Below the pieces are notes generated by a model. It saw only the letters and a program-made list of their open reading frames with translations. It searched no databases and was not told the DNA's origin. A stretch of 64,000 bases of DNA from Promethearchaeota archaeon (lineage in GTDB: Archaea > Asgardarchaeota > Heimdallarchaeia > Hodarchaeales > Hodarchaeaceae), in the NCBI GenBank assembly GCA_048939725.1, contig JBHLPG010000001.1, positions 31,782 through 95,781 of the forward strand, given 5' to 3'. A program made the position numbers and the translations under genes. Of this stretch, positions 17,539 through 27,188 are shown in pieces (position 1 is the stretch's first letter; every line of letters begins with the position of its first letter).

Positions 17539-18795
17539 GTGAAAAGTGTTCTAATAGTGCCTACAGGCGTTCTTGTTGGAGAGAAAGTCCACGATATGCC
17601 GAGAATAATAGATTCTATATGGTTTGCCAAAAATTTCACTATAACAAATGAAAATCTAAAAGATTTCATTGGAAAAAATTGGAATAAACTTGTAGAATTA
17701 TTTAAACAAAAAGAAGAAGAGATTATTTCTGATAATCCTCCAATTGTAGACTTTCTTCGGCAAGAGGGCTTCATAAATGCTAGATTTGCCGCAGCAGGGG
17801 AATTAAATCCATTTAGGAGTCAAGTGGATAATTATCTTCTAAAAAATATGAAGATTGACACATCTACTTCCATCTCAGATATCATTCGAGAAAGAGCTAT
17901 GGCAAGAACACGAATACTCCTGAGGGAGAAAGTTGAGGCTAGAGATATATATATTGCACAAGCAATTAAGAGTATTGATGATGTTAATTCTATCCTTAAC
18001 TTAATTTACGCTCGATTGTCAGAATGGTATGGTATTCATTTTCCTGAATTACAGGATTTAGTCCGGGATAATCCTCAATATATTACATTAATTTCCAAAA
18101 CTCAAGGAGCAATCCGATCCAATCTTGATGATGACTCTCTATCCCATTTATCTGAAAAAAGACGTGATCTCATTCTCCAAGCAGCACAGAAATCTCTTGG
18201 TACAGAGATCTCAACTTATGATATGAGCCCAATCTCACAGCTAGCACGTTTTGGGGTTGAAATTCTCAAGACAAAAGACGATTTGGAGAAATACATAGAT
18301 GAATGCATGAAAGAAATTGCACCTAATATTCAATGTCTTGTAGGGAGTCTCCTAGGTGCACGTTTGATAGCTCTTGCAGGAAGCTTGGAAGGGTTGGCTA
18401 AATGTTCTTCGGGAACTGTTCAAGTTTTAGGGGCAGAAAAAGCATTATTTAGGCATTTAAGGTCAGGAGAAGACCCTCCAAAACATGGAGTAATTTTTCA
18501 ATCTTCTTATATCCATTCATCAAAAAAGCACCAGCGAGGTAAGATAGCAAGAGCATTAGCTGGTAAATTATCCATAGCTGCAAGAGTTGATTTTTTCAGC
18601 GGTGAATTTATCGGTCCCACTCTTGTGACGGAATTGGAGAAAAAAATTGAAGATATTAAATCATCATTTCCTGAACCATCAGAACAGCAACTCGAACAAA
18701 AACGAATTAAAAAGAAACAAAAGCGAAAATCCTCCTTTAAAAAAGGAAAAAGAGAATTTAAAGGGAAGAGAAAACAGAAAAAAAGAGACAGATAA
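17539..18795 (+). CDS. nop5: C/D box snoRNP protein Nop5 (Nop56/58)
   Basis: 418 aa. NOSIC/Nop domain motifs (SEWYGIHFPEL, VQVLGAEKALFRHLRSGEDPPKHGVIFQ). Lys-rich C-terminal tail. GTG start. Confidence 0.92.
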   Translation: MKSVLIVPTGVLVGEKVHDMPRIIDSIWFAKNFTITNENLKDFIGKNWNKLVELFKQKEEEIISDNPPIVDFLRQEGFINARFAAAGELNPFRSQVDNYLLKNMKIDTSTSISDIIRERAMARTRILLREKVEARDIYIAQAIKSIDDVNSILNLIYARLSEWYGIHFPELQDLVRDNPQYITLISKTQGAIRSNLDDDSLSHLSEKRRDLILQAAQKSLGTEISTYDMSPISQLARFGVEILKTKDDLEKYIDECMKEIAPNIQCLVGSLLGARLIALAGSLEGLAKCSSGTVQVLGAEKALFRHLRSGEDPPKHGVIFQSSYIHSSKKHQRGKIARALAGKLSIAARVDFFSGEFIGPTLVTELEKKIEDIKSSFPEPSEQQLEQKRIKKKQKRKSSFKKGKREFKGKRKQKKRDR

Positions 18796-18815
18796 TTTTT
18801 CTGAGAGTGGTTTAA

Positions 18816-19493
18816 GTGAAACTCACAAAAACTAATTTGGAGGGGCTTTTTCAAGCAAAGAACGATAAATCACGGTTAGTAACCCTTAATAAAGTTCCAG
18901 GAAAATCAGTTTATGGAGAACAGTTACTTTCTATTGATGGGGAAGAATATCGTGTATGGGACCCTTATCGATCGAAATTTGCAGCTGCTTATTTATCAGG
19001 AGTGAAACAACTCCCTCAAATTCACGATAAACGAATTTTGTATCTAGGAGTGTCAACAGGAACAACAGCTTCTCACCTCTCTGATATATTGGACAAAGGG
19101 GTGATTTTTGGAATTGAATTCTCTCCTAAAGTTATGCGACGATTTTTCCGTTTAGCAGAACAAAGAAATAATCTAATACCGATACTGGCAGACGCAAGAC
19201 GACCAGAGGAGTACTCACCTTTTGTTTTTGAGGTGGATTTAATCTATCAAGATGTTGCACAACCAGAGCAAGCAAAAATATTCGGTAGGAACTCACAGGA
19301 ATTCTTAAAACCAGGGGGACACGGTTTCTTAGCTTTAAAATCACAAAGCATAGATGTGGTTCTCAAACCAGATGAAGTATTCTCTAGTCAAATAGAGGAA
19401 CTAGAACAAGATTTCGGTTTAGAAATTCTGGAATATCGTTCTATTGACGCTTTTGAGAAAAAACACGCAGTATTGATTGTAAAAAAGCCATAA
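18816..19493 (+). CDS. flpA: fibrillarin-like rRNA/tRNA 2'-O-methyltransferase
   Basis: 225 aa. YRVWDPYRSKFAAA and LYLGVSTGTTASHLSDI motifs. Follows nop5 in the conserved pair. Confidence 0.92.
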   Translation: MKLTKTNLEGLFQAKNDKSRLVTLNKVPGKSVYGEQLLSIDGEEYRVWDPYRSKFAAAYLSGVKQLPQIHDKRILYLGVSTGTTASHLSDILDKGVIFGIEFSPKVMRRFFRLAEQRNNLIPILADARRPEEYSPFVFEVDLIYQDVAQPEQAKIFGRNSQEFLKPGGHGFLALKSQSIDVVLKPDEVFSSQIEELEQDFGLEILEYRSIDAFEKKHAVLIVKKP

Positions 19494-19516
19494 AAAATCA
19501 AAATGATGTTAAAGAA

Positions 19517-19855
19517 TTACCCATAATCTCTCCAAGTATTTCCACATTGTTTACATCGATAAAATGTTGTTGAGGCTTCATCAGCACTTCTTGTTTGTAA
19601 CTGCCAGTAAAATGCTTCGTTGTTACCACATTTCTCACATTTAGCAGTTGCAGTTGGCATTGTATCCAGACCATGAGGTTCTTCAATAATCACGGTCTTT
19701 TCCATATCTGTATGACGGATCTTTTGAGATATTTCGAAAGCCTTTGAATTCCCATCTGAATTAATAGTCTTTCCACACGCCGGGCATTTCATTAAAGTTT
19801 TTCCATTTGGTTGTCTTTCAGGAACCAGAAGAGCGCCACAATCACAAAATTGCAT
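19517..19855 (-). CDS. tfs: transcription factor S (TFS, TFIIS/RpoM-like)
   Basis: N-terminal Zn ribbon (MQFCDCG...CPACG). C-terminal ribbon CEKCGNNEAFYWQLQTRSADEASTTFYRCKQCGNTW with the acidic loop. The ORF track extends to a TTG at 19867. Confidence 0.88.
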   Translation of the reverse strand: MQFCDCGALLVPERQPNGKTLMKCPACGKTINSDGNSKAFEISQKIRHTDMEKTVIIEEPHGLDTMPTATAKCEKCGNNEAFYWQLQTRSADEASTTFYRCKQCGNTWRDYG

Positions 19856-20025
19856 TATCATCAACAAATTTTTACCAAAGAGACGTTTTAAGCGAAAAAA
19901 TGGCTTTCTTTTAAAGTAGTTGGAAGATTAAACAAGTTTAAGGAAAACTACAAAATAATTTGTTAAAAGTCATGGGATCACTTAAAACACCGTTAAGTTT
20001 TATAGAAGTGAAAGAAGGAGATTAA

Positions 20026-20334
20026 ATGAGAAGGAAATTTCCCATACCCTATAATGAAACTACAATACTGTCACTTCAAAACATCGCAGCCGACACAAAA
20101 TTTCAGATAGTTGCCAAAGTCAAGAGTTTCGATCAAACAGAAATCACCATTACTGATGGCCACGAAGACTTAGAACTAAATATTGAGGGAGAAGAACTAC
20201 CAGATTTAGAAATTGGTGAAGTTGTCATTGTTTTTGGTGAAAAATCAGATTCAGGAATTGTGAAAGAACGTATCATCAGATCAAATCTTGATTGGGCTCT
20301 TTATCAGAAAACACGAGAATTAGAGTCAAAATAA
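20026..20334 (+). CDS. small OB-fold protein, RPA2/RPA3/Stn1-like (putative ssDNA-binding complex subunit)
   Basis: 102 aa. The strand pattern FQIVAKVKSF..EITITDG...IGEVVIVFGE...ERIIRSNLDWALYQ parallels the OB of the 30583..31239 ORF. By-eye assignment only. Confidence 0.35.
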   Translation: MRRKFPIPYNETTILSLQNIAADTKFQIVAKVKSFDQTEITITDGHEDLELNIEGEELPDLEIGEVVIVFGEKSDSGIVKERIIRSNLDWALYQKTRELESK

Positions 20335-20512
20335 TTCACAGGGATCTGGGAGTCCTTTTTTTAAACCTAATAGGTAGCTTCTCAAATGATTGTAATATGC
20401 CTAATCTTTAAAGTTTAGGTAATTAGAAGAGAACATTCTTTAAATATTCGTCAATAAAACTGATATTGCCAAGATTTTCTTATATTGGGGTTTCAGTAAT
20501 CATCCCCATCTA

Positions 20513-20971
20513 TTGGAGGCATTTGAGTTGTCCATGATTGGTGCTGCTAAGAGAGCATATCAAAAAGAGATTATTTCATTTGTTAATAAGCGAGTTGCCG
20601 TCATTCTAAAAAATCAAAAAAAGTATGTAGGAGAATTAAAGGGAGTAAATCCTGAAACTCTTACATGTGTCTTGATTAAGGCGAAACGTGAAAATGAAAC
20701 AACAGAACTACATCGTATCTGTATAAATGGTGATCAAATATCTGAAATTTATCTAGAAGAAGCTCCTTTTGATCTTAGTGGATTAAAGGACGAATTGGAA
20801 CAGATTTTTCGTCGTCCTGGTGATGTGAAAGTCTATGATGAAGCAGGGCTAATTGTAGTTCTTGAAAGAGTTCGGGTCTCTGAAAGCGGTGTGGAAGGCA
20901 CAGGACCCGTTGCAGATCGTGTTCGAGCCATATTCGACAGATATGCTTTGACTCAAAGTTCAGAGGAATAA
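20513..20971 (+). CDS. Sm-like (LSm) fold protein with C-terminal extension
   Basis: 152 aa. KRVAVILKNQKKYVGELKGV...ICINGDQISEIYL resembles Sm1/Sm2 motifs. The C-terminal ~70 aa are unassigned. The start could be ATG 20534. Confidence 0.4.
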   Translation: MEAFELSMIGAAKRAYQKEIISFVNKRVAVILKNQKKYVGELKGVNPETLTCVLIKAKRENETTELHRICINGDQISEIYLEEAPFDLSGLKDELEQIFRRPGDVKVYDEAGLIVVLERVRVSESGVEGTGPVADRVRAIFDRYALTQSSEE

Positions 20972-20981
20972 GGGGTTATCT

Positions 20982-21344
20982 ATGATCATAAAAGCTGAAA
21001 GGATGCGAGCTGAACTTGATTCAGATAATGACCTTTGGCTTATTGATTTTCGAGATGAAGATCAAGGATTAAGAGGGAAAATTGAGATTCCCTCTAGAAT
21101 AACCTCTATGGATGACGTAAAAAGTTTTGAAATTGAAATAATCCCACGAGATTCCGTAAAAAAGCCATTAGATTATTCAAACGCAAAGATTGCATATAAT
21201 GCAATAAACTTTCGAACTAAACCGGTTGGCACAGAGAGAGTATATTCATTTTCTGCTGGGGGTTTAATGTTACGATTATTTTCTAATAAAGCAATTAAAG
21301 ATTTCAAAACAGTTCTGAAAGGATTCATAATCATTGTACGATAA
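20982..21344 (+). CDS. rpoG: RNA polymerase subunit Rpo8 (RpoG, Rpb8-like)
   Basis: 120 aa. The C-terminus VYSFSAGGLMLRLFSNKAIKDF...FIIIVR parallels the eukaryotic Rpb8 C-terminus (..YYSFGGLLMRLEG......LLIRR, recalled from memory). Confidence 0.6.
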   Translation: MIIKAERMRAELDSDNDLWLIDFRDEDQGLRGKIEIPSRITSMDDVKSFEIEIIPRDSVKKPLDYSNAKIAYNAINFRTKPVGTERVYSFSAGGLMLRLFSNKAIKDFKTVLKGFIIIVR

Positions 21345-21422
21345 GACCAATTTTGTCTGAAGTAGTCTACTTCCTTAAACCAAAACACAATAAAAAACAA
21401 AATAGCAGATGTATTCAGCGAA

Positions 21423-21507
21423 GCGGGGGTTTCCCAGCCAGGTCAAAGGAGCTAGGTTGAGGTCCTAGTCGCATAGGCGTTCGTGAGTTCAAATCTCACC
21501 CCCCGCA
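21423..21507 (+). tRNA. tRNA-Leu(GAG), intron-less
   Basis: GCGGGGG-TT-TCCCAGCCAGGTCAAAGGAG-CTAGG-TTGAGGT-CCTAG-TCGCATAGGCGTTC-GTGAG-TTCAAAT-CTCAC-CCCCCGC-A. All stems pair and the variable arm is long. Confidence 0.9.
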
Positions 21508-21810
21508 TAAATCCAAAGAAGATTAATTAAATTCTTATCGAATTTTCAATATGTTTTTTAATCTAATCTCACTATTATTCAATCCGAAATGAATTGGTTA
21601 AAATCGGGAATCTTATCGCGAGTTTATCCTAGATCTTGTAAATAGAATCTCAGAAACGAGATTATGGGTTCCCTCTCCTGCGGAGTTTTATATCAGAGTT
21701 CTTTTTAATTAGTGGTATATAGGGTTTTGATTGGACTCTAACTAGTATCTATGATGCCTTAAGGTTTTGATCATTTGAAAATTAGATTAGATTTGGGTTG
21801 AGGTTTGTAG

Positions 21811-22596
21811 TTGAGATTTAATCTTGATTCAATTTTATACCGCTTATATGAGAGGAGGTTATGGGCAGAGATCAAGGATGGTATAGAACAAGGAGTCCAT
21901 CCCCGTCATGTTGCGCTGATTATGGATGGAAATCGTCGTTATGCTCGTTCAAAGAATCTACCTAGCACATTAGGGCACCATTTAGGAAGGGAGAAGCTGA
22001 AAGATATCCTTCGCTGGTTCTACGATTTACAGATTGATTACGTCACACTTTATGCTTTTTCCACAGAGAATTTTGAACGGGATGAGAAGGAAGTGAAAGA
22101 GTTAATGCACCTCTTCGAGCAGAGCTTCCGCGAAATCGTAGATCATCCTGAGATCAAAAAGCGTAATATAAAAATAAAAGTCATTGGTCGAACCCACCTT
22201 CTTCCTCAACGTGTTCAAGAGGCTATTAAAGACGCAGAAGAAATTACACAAACAGCAGCAGATGGGCCTACGTTAATCATTGCAGTTGGTTATGGAGGTC
22301 GAGCTGAGATGATCGATGCGATTAAATCAATTGCACAAAAGGTCGAAAGTGGCAAAATGACAATAGATGATATAAATGAAGTTGTTGTTGAACGCCATCT
22401 CTATACTAATGGAATTCCTGATCCTGATCTTATAATCAGAACATCAGGAGAGGAGCGACTTTCTGGTTTTTTGACATGGCAATCAGCTTATAGCGAATTA
22501 TATTTCGCTGATGTTTATTTTCCAAGTTTTCGTAAAATTGACCTGTGGCGGGCTATTAGAACATATCAATCTCGACAACGTCGATTTGGAAAATAA
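21811..22596 (+). CDS. uppS: cis-prenyltransferase (undecaprenyl/dolichyl diphosphate synthase, UppS family)
   Basis: 261 aa. HVALIMDGNRRYA and RTSGEERLSGFLTWQSAYSELYF motifs. TTG start. Confidence 0.9.
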   Translation: MRFNLDSILYRLYERRLWAEIKDGIEQGVHPRHVALIMDGNRRYARSKNLPSTLGHHLGREKLKDILRWFYDLQIDYVTLYAFSTENFERDEKEVKELMHLFEQSFREIVDHPEIKKRNIKIKVIGRTHLLPQRVQEAIKDAEEITQTAADGPTLIIAVGYGGRAEMIDAIKSIAQKVESGKMTIDDINEVVVERHLYTNGIPDPDLIIRTSGEERLSGFLTWQSAYSELYFADVYFPSFRKIDLWRAIRTYQSRQRRFGK

Positions 22597-22638
22597 TATA
22601 GTAATCTTAGACTGTTATTCCTAGTAACATCCTAAATT

Positions 22639-23394
22639 TTAAGTATACATGCGCCTAGAAGTTAATTTATCCTTGTCAGTTTCTTCCATTGGAGCTAATT
22701 GTCTTTTTATCTCTTCTTCGATAACTCGAGCATTTTTTATTAATTCATTAGTCTTAACTTCAACGTTTAATAGAACATTTAATTTTTCCACTGCTGCTAC
22801 TGCGCCTAAAGGATCAGGCCGATCTCGTTCAGCGTAAGCGAGAAGTCCTATTGCAGGAAACATATTCATATCAAGGTATCCGAGCATGATGGCAAGTGGA
22901 CCAGCCACAAATAAACCCGGATCTAATAGATTTGTATTTACTTCTTCTGTAAACCCATCAGGTAAATGTGAATAAGAATAAAAAGCACGACTTGGAATAT
23001 ATTGGAGATTACTGTCTGATGATTTCAGATGTTTATCAACTCCTCCAATAAAAAAAGCCATTTTCAGGTTATCATGGCTGAGGATCCATTCAGAAAGTCT
23101 TTCAGAAAACTCAATTTGAACATGACGATATGGTTGGAGATGGGGAATAAAAACAGCGAAGTTAAGATCTTCTTTTCCATAAATTTCGAATGGTAACCTA
23201 AGCTGATTTTCTTGAACTGAAATGAAAGGTGGTGCCCCACTTGACATAATGGTTGCAATCCGTTGCATATCCAATTCTTGTATGAAGTGGGAAACTGTAA
23301 TGTATCCAATCTCTCCCAGACCGTGCCATCCGCTTATGAAAACATGACATTGGTTTAGAATTTCAGGCTGTTCAACGAAAATCTTAAACTTCAC
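22639..23394 (-). CDS. PAC2-family proteasome assembly chaperone-like protein
   Basis: 251 aa. N-terminal ISGWHGLGEIGYITVSHFI resembles the PAC2 family. The C-terminus ends in M-Y-T, an HbYX-type proteasome alpha-ring docking motif. Confidence 0.5.
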   Translation of the reverse strand: MKFKIFVEQPEILNQCHVFISGWHGLGEIGYITVSHFIQELDMQRIATIMSSGAPPFISVQENQLRLPFEIYGKEDLNFAVFIPHLQPYRHVQIEFSERLSEWILSHDNLKMAFFIGGVDKHLKSSDSNLQYIPSRAFYSYSHLPDGFTEEVNTNLLDPGLFVAGPLAIMLGYLDMNMFPAIGLLAYAERDRPDPLGAVAAVEKLNVLLNVEVKTNELIKNARVIEEEIKRQLAPMEETDKDKLTSRRMYT

Positions 23395-23418
23395 AAATTT
23401 GTGCTCCTTATGATTTTG

Positions 23419-24081
23419 TCACTCTAGTCGATCTTCTCTAGCAATATATCTAGCCCTACTTTGAATTTTTTTCATGTGTTCAAAAGTTTTCCTGCCTTTC
23501 TTGCATTCCTTAATATATCCTAGCTGAAATACGTCAAATAAAACTTTGTAATTAGGTGAAATTGCTTTCAAAGTACTATAGAAAGTTAGTAAATCATCAG
23601 CTTTTTTTTCTAATTCATTTGATATTTGACCTAAACCAAAATCAATAAACCACGACAAATTTTCTTTCTTAATAATAACATTGAAAACCGTTAAATCCCC
23701 ATGAATAATATCATTTTCATGTAAAAGACCAACTTGCTCACCAATTCCTTCAAAAATTGACTTCAAGGTTGAAATGCTTATTGAATTAATTAATGAAAAA
23801 AGGATCTTCCCTCGTATCTCCTCTATGAGCAACGTGAAGTTCCCTGAATCAATTCCATAAAGAGCAGGCACCCGAGCACCAATCTTCCAGGCCTCGGTCA
23901 ATAAACGAGCTTCTACTCTTAATCTATGTAATCGGATGGTTTGATCTATTTCTGGCAGCCGATAGGGTTTTGGCAGCCGGTGTTTCAAGATTATTGGAGT
24001 TTGGAAAAAAGAACCACTATATATTACCGCTTCAGCTCCTTTTGCCAACAATTCTTTTTGTATAATTGTCAATGAATCCAA
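23419..24081 (-). CDS. bud32: KEOPS complex kinase/ATPase Bud32
   Basis: 220 aa. RIO-like small kinase (LLAKGAEAVIY, HGDLTVFNVI, IDFGL). Overlaps the kae1 stop. Confidence 0.88.
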   Translation of the reverse strand: MDSLTIIQKELLAKGAEAVIYSGSFFQTPIILKHRLPKPYRLPEIDQTIRLHRLRVEARLLTEAWKIGARVPALYGIDSGNFTLLIEEIRGKILFSLINSISISTLKSIFEGIGEQVGLLHENDIIHGDLTVFNVIIKKENLSWFIDFGLGQISNELEKKADDLLTFYSTLKAISPNYKVLFDVFQLGYIKECKKGRKTFEHMKKIQSRARYIAREDRLE

Positions 24082-25061
24082 TTCACTTCCACTTGGTCAG
24101 TTCGCCATCGTGGTTTAACATGGCTGTTACTTACGGTAATAAAGTTCTTTTTTCTGTACATATTAGCCCCAGCTAGGGCAATCATTGTTCCATTGTCTCC
24201 TGCAAGCTCTTTTGGAACTACAAAATATTTAACAGCTTGTTCAGAGGCTACACTTTGGATCATTTTTTGGAGTCTTGCATTTGCTGCGACCCCCCCAGTT
24301 AATAAAACAGATTGTTTTTTGGTACACGATAAAGCTCGTTCTGTTGCCTCTGCTAACGCAGCAAAAGTATATTCCTGAAATGAATAACAAATATCTGCTA
24401 TATTATGATCTGACATAAGTTTTTGAGCAGCAGTAACAACACCAGAAAAAGAAAAAGACATCCCCTTTACTGCATAAGGAAGGGGAAGTATTTTCTGTCC
24501 ATTTTTCGCTTCTTGTTCTATGTGTGGTCCACCAGGATGAGGTAAGCTTAAACTCCTTCCAAGTGTATCTAATGCATTACCTATTGCAATATCTAGAGTT
24601 TCTCCGAGAATACGATATCTTCCATTTAAGAAAGTAATAAGTTGAGTATTTCCTCCGCTAACATAAAGAACCATGGGATTTTGAGCTGGTGTAATCATTC
24701 TTCCTAGTTCTACATGGGCTATACAGTGATTTACCCCAATTAATGGCTTCTTCAATAATAATGAAATCGATCGTGCAATCGTAGCTGTTATTCTGAGGCA
24801 GGGTCCAAGCCCAGGTCCTTGAGAAAACGCAACTGCGTCTATCTTATTTAGATGAAAGGGGATTTCATTAACCATTTGATCTAACAATTTAGGAAAGTTT
24901 TTCGCAAGAAATTCCGAGGCTTCTCGCGGATGAATACCTCCCTGCTCTGGAAAATAAGTAGCTGTCTTATTAAACACAATATTCCTGCCTTGAGTGATAG
25001 CTACCCCTGCAGAATGGGCCGTTCCTTCAAACCCCAAGATAATAGGTTCAAGAATTACCAT
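24069..25061 (-). CDS. kae1: tRNA N6-adenosine threonylcarbamoyltransferase Kae1
   Basis: 330 aa. ILGFEGTAHSAGVA, NHCIAHVELG (metal-binding His pair) and LTGGVAAN motifs. Confidence 0.92.
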   Translation of the reverse strand: MVILEPIILGFEGTAHSAGVAITQGRNIVFNKTATYFPEQGGIHPREASEFLAKNFPKLLDQMVNEIPFHLNKIDAVAFSQGPGLGPCLRITATIARSISLLLKKPLIGVNHCIAHVELGRMITPAQNPMVLYVSGGNTQLITFLNGRYRILGETLDIAIGNALDTLGRSLSLPHPGGPHIEQEAKNGQKILPLPYAVKGMSFSFSGVVTAAQKLMSDHNIADICYSFQEYTFAALAEATERALSCTKKQSVLLTGGVAANARLQKMIQSVASEQAVKYFVVPKELAGDNGTMIALAGANMYRKKNFITVSNSHVKPRWRTDQVEVNWIH

Positions 25062-25089
25062 ATTAATATCAAAAAGAATTCATTAAGAT

Positions 25090-25251
25090 TCAAAATTCAG
25101 TGTAACCACATAAACCACAAGAAATCCTATCTTTGTGTTTTGCCATAAATGAACCTTTACATCTAGGACAGAAAACATTCTTTCGGACTAATTTCCCTTT
25201 TTTATAATCTGCTTCATAATGAGAATGGGCAGGGTTTCTCCTGGGACTCAT
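25090..25251 (-). CDS. rps27ae: 30S ribosomal protein eS27ae (eS31)
   Basis: 53-aa ORF missing from the ORF track: [54 protein letters not shown]4 zinc ribbon in the conserved position after rps24e. Confidence 0.85.
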   Translation of the reverse strand: MSPRRNPAHSHYEADYKKGKLVRKNVFCPRCKGSFMAKHKDRISCGLCGYTEF

Positions 25252-25256
25252 GGTTA

Positions 25257-25562
25257 TCAACTTTTATCTGTATTATCTTCTTTTATGATCTTATTTCTTC
25301 TCAGACGGTATTTTGGTTCAAAAACAAAAACATCAGCAGCAGTATCATAACAGTGGACAATCACACGTGATCGTGGTTCACCAAAATGTCCCTGAATGCT
25401 TTGAATGACAACATGATCAAGATCCATGTTCAATAGCGCGGCGATTTTAGCTCTAACAGCTTCTCGTGTTGGAGTAATCTCACCCAAATGAGTAAGAAGA
25501 ACATCAACTTCCTTACGGCCGATTAATGGATTATATTTCTCCTGAACTATGGTCGTCTCCAT
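25257..25562 (-). CDS. rps24e: 30S ribosomal protein eS24
   Basis: [23 protein letters not shown]...PKYRLRRN matches S24e. The ORF track extends 8 codons further, to 25586. Confidence 0.9.
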   Translation of the reverse strand: METTIVQEKYNPLIGRKEVDVLLTHLGEITPTREAVRAKIAALLNMDLDHVVIQSIQGHFGEPRSRVIVHCYDTAADVFVFEPKYRLRRNKIIKEDNTDKS

Positions 25563-26121
25563 TAATGAATTCCTCATATGTTTCAAATTTATTAAGTAGA
25601 TCTTCTGTTAATTTCTTTAGGGAAGGAGTGATGAAAGCACAAACTATTCCTTCATCAGTAGTAATAGGAGGTTGTCCATATACTACCATACTTCCAAGAG
25701 GGAGTAAGATAATGGCAGGAATTACTAATAGGTCCTCTTCACCATCAATCCTGACAGCAACACGGCATTTATTTGGAGTATATGATTGTATTTGTTTGAT
25801 CGTGCGATCAAGAATCTTCCATGCTTTTTGTGATATCCTTTCAGGAGGATTAAAAACTTTCATATTTTGATATAAATCCAGATTAAGATCAATTTCCTTT
25901 TGTCTGAGGGTTTTTCCATCATAAATTATAATTTCAGGGAGAAAATCAACATCGAACAAGGTTTTAGTGCAATAATCTCCTATAGATATTGTAATGATAG
26001 GTTTACATGCATTAATATAATTCTTAGCTTTTTGTGCAGCTTTTTGGGATGATCCGGTAAATAGTTTCCCAATTGGATCACGTAGCGATGCTCTGAGAGT
26101 TTTTGGAAGTTTATATCCCAA
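25531..26121 (-). CDS. DUF359/COG1909 protein (putative GTP-dependent dephospho-CoA kinase)
   Basis: 196 aa. LRASLRDPIGKLF...ISIGDYCT...IIIYDGKTLR pattern. Sits in the conserved archaeal position between spt4 and rps24e. Confidence 0.55.
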   Translation of the reverse strand: MGYKLPKTLRASLRDPIGKLFTGSSQKAAQKAKNYINACKPIITISIGDYCTKTLFDVDFLPEIIIYDGKTLRQKEIDLNLDLYQNMKVFNPPERISQKAWKILDRTIKQIQSYTPNKCRVAVRIDGEEDLLVIPAIILLPLGSMVVYGQPPITTDEGIVCAFITPSLKKLTEDLLNKFETYEEFINGDDHSSGEI

Positions 26122-26132
26122 AAAGAAGGCCC

Positions 26133-26327
26133 CTAACGCACTTTTATTGCATACTTCCCAGGACGAGTAACATTTAGCTTATGGGCTATTTTGCTTTCAT
26201 TCACATTTCTGATGATAACCATACCGACAAAGGATCTAGAAAGATGATTATGAGTCTTACAAATGGGACAGACTTCTTCTCCATGTACTATACTGTTACA
26301 CTTTTTACATGCTTTTAATTTTACCAT
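26133..26327 (-). CDS. spt4: transcription elongation factor Spt4 (RpoE'')
   Basis: 64 aa. Zn ribbon CKKC...CPIC followed by GMVII...KYAIKV. Abuts rpo7. Confidence 0.88.
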   Translation of the reverse strand: MVKLKACKKCNSIVHGEEVCPICKTHNHLSRSFVGMVIIRNVNESKIAHKLNVTRPGKYAIKVR

Positions 26328-26879
26328 CTAACTCTTCTCCTTCGTTTTAGAATCTTCAAGCCAACTCTTTAGACCAAGCCCTTCCCCTTTCATTGTAACT
26401 GCTATTTTCATGCTTACATGATCGACAGTAGCAGTGATAATCTTCCCACGAACTAGATCCCCAGGCCTGATTGTACGACCTGATTCTCGTCCAACTAAAA
26501 CACCTGAAGACCTGGAAGACATCTGGAAATATTCATCAGCAATTTGACTGATGTGGGCTAGTGCATCTGTACAGCCTATTCGCATGAAAAATCCAAATTT
26601 TGTTGTTTCAACAACTTCTCCTTCAGATACTTCATCATCTAAGGGTCTAAAAGTGATAGCTTCATATTCAACGTCATGGAATGTGGCTCCGTCACCTGGT
26701 ACGATTCGACCTGGCGAAACTTCGATGATAGATAATACTGCGACAATCATTCCGACATCTGCGCCAATTGTGGTCTCATTTTTCGCTCGAGAAATGTCAA
26801 GAATGACATCGGCTATAGATTCCCCAAAGCGATTTGGGGGGACACGGATTGTTTCGCGGATACGAGTTAAGTAGTACAT
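26328..26879 (-). CDS. rpoE: RNA polymerase subunit Rpo7 (RpoE')
   Basis: 183 aa. N-terminus MYYLTRIRETIRVPPNRFG plus a C-terminal S1 domain. Confidence 0.9.
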   Translation of the reverse strand: MYYLTRIRETIRVPPNRFGESIADVILDISRAKNETTIGADVGMIVAVLSIIEVSPGRIVPGDGATFHDVEYEAITFRPLDDEVSEGEVVETTKFGFFMRIGCTDALAHISQIADEYFQMSSRSSGVLVGRESGRTIRPGDLVRGKIITATVDHVSMKIAVTMKGEGLGLKSWLEDSKTKEKS

Positions 26880-27124
26880 AGTTTTGGAGCCTCAGTACAT
26901 TTCTCTAGTACTGCAACCACTGGAAAATAAATCATTCGGGGGTTTATTCGATAGACTATTGAGTCTTTCCACACAAAAAAAAATAGTGAATCGAAGACAA
27001 GAAAAACATCCACGTTATCTCAAAGAATCGACAAGCTGATAGCGGTATTACCATGAAAACAAAAGGAAACACCAACATTAGGACGAAAAAAAAACAAGAG
27101 ATTCAAAATCTATATCCATAGAGA

Positions 27125-27166
27125 AACGAAATCAAACAAAAAAAGGAATGGGGGGAGAATCCCCTA
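27125..27166 (-). terminator. putative terminator of hppA: short GC hairpin plus oligo-T
   Basis: Minus strand reads GGGGA-TTC-TCCCC followed by CCATTCCTTTTTTTGTTTG, about 25 nt after the hppA stop. Confidence 0.4.
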
Positions 27167-27188
27167 TTTTAATAAGTTTATTTTTTTC

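Noticed and set aside
18700-18795. Lys-rich C-terminal tail of Nop5 as a eukaryote-like KKE/D domain
   Set aside because: Short basic tails occur in many archaeal Nop5 proteins. The tail here is K/R-rich without the alternating acidic KKE/D pattern, so it is not diagnostic.
25531-25562. 32-nt overlap between the DUF359 gene end and the rps24e start as a possible frameshift or fusion
   Set aside because: The two are in different frames and each has an intact conserved terminus. Short overlaps are common in this tightly packed operon.
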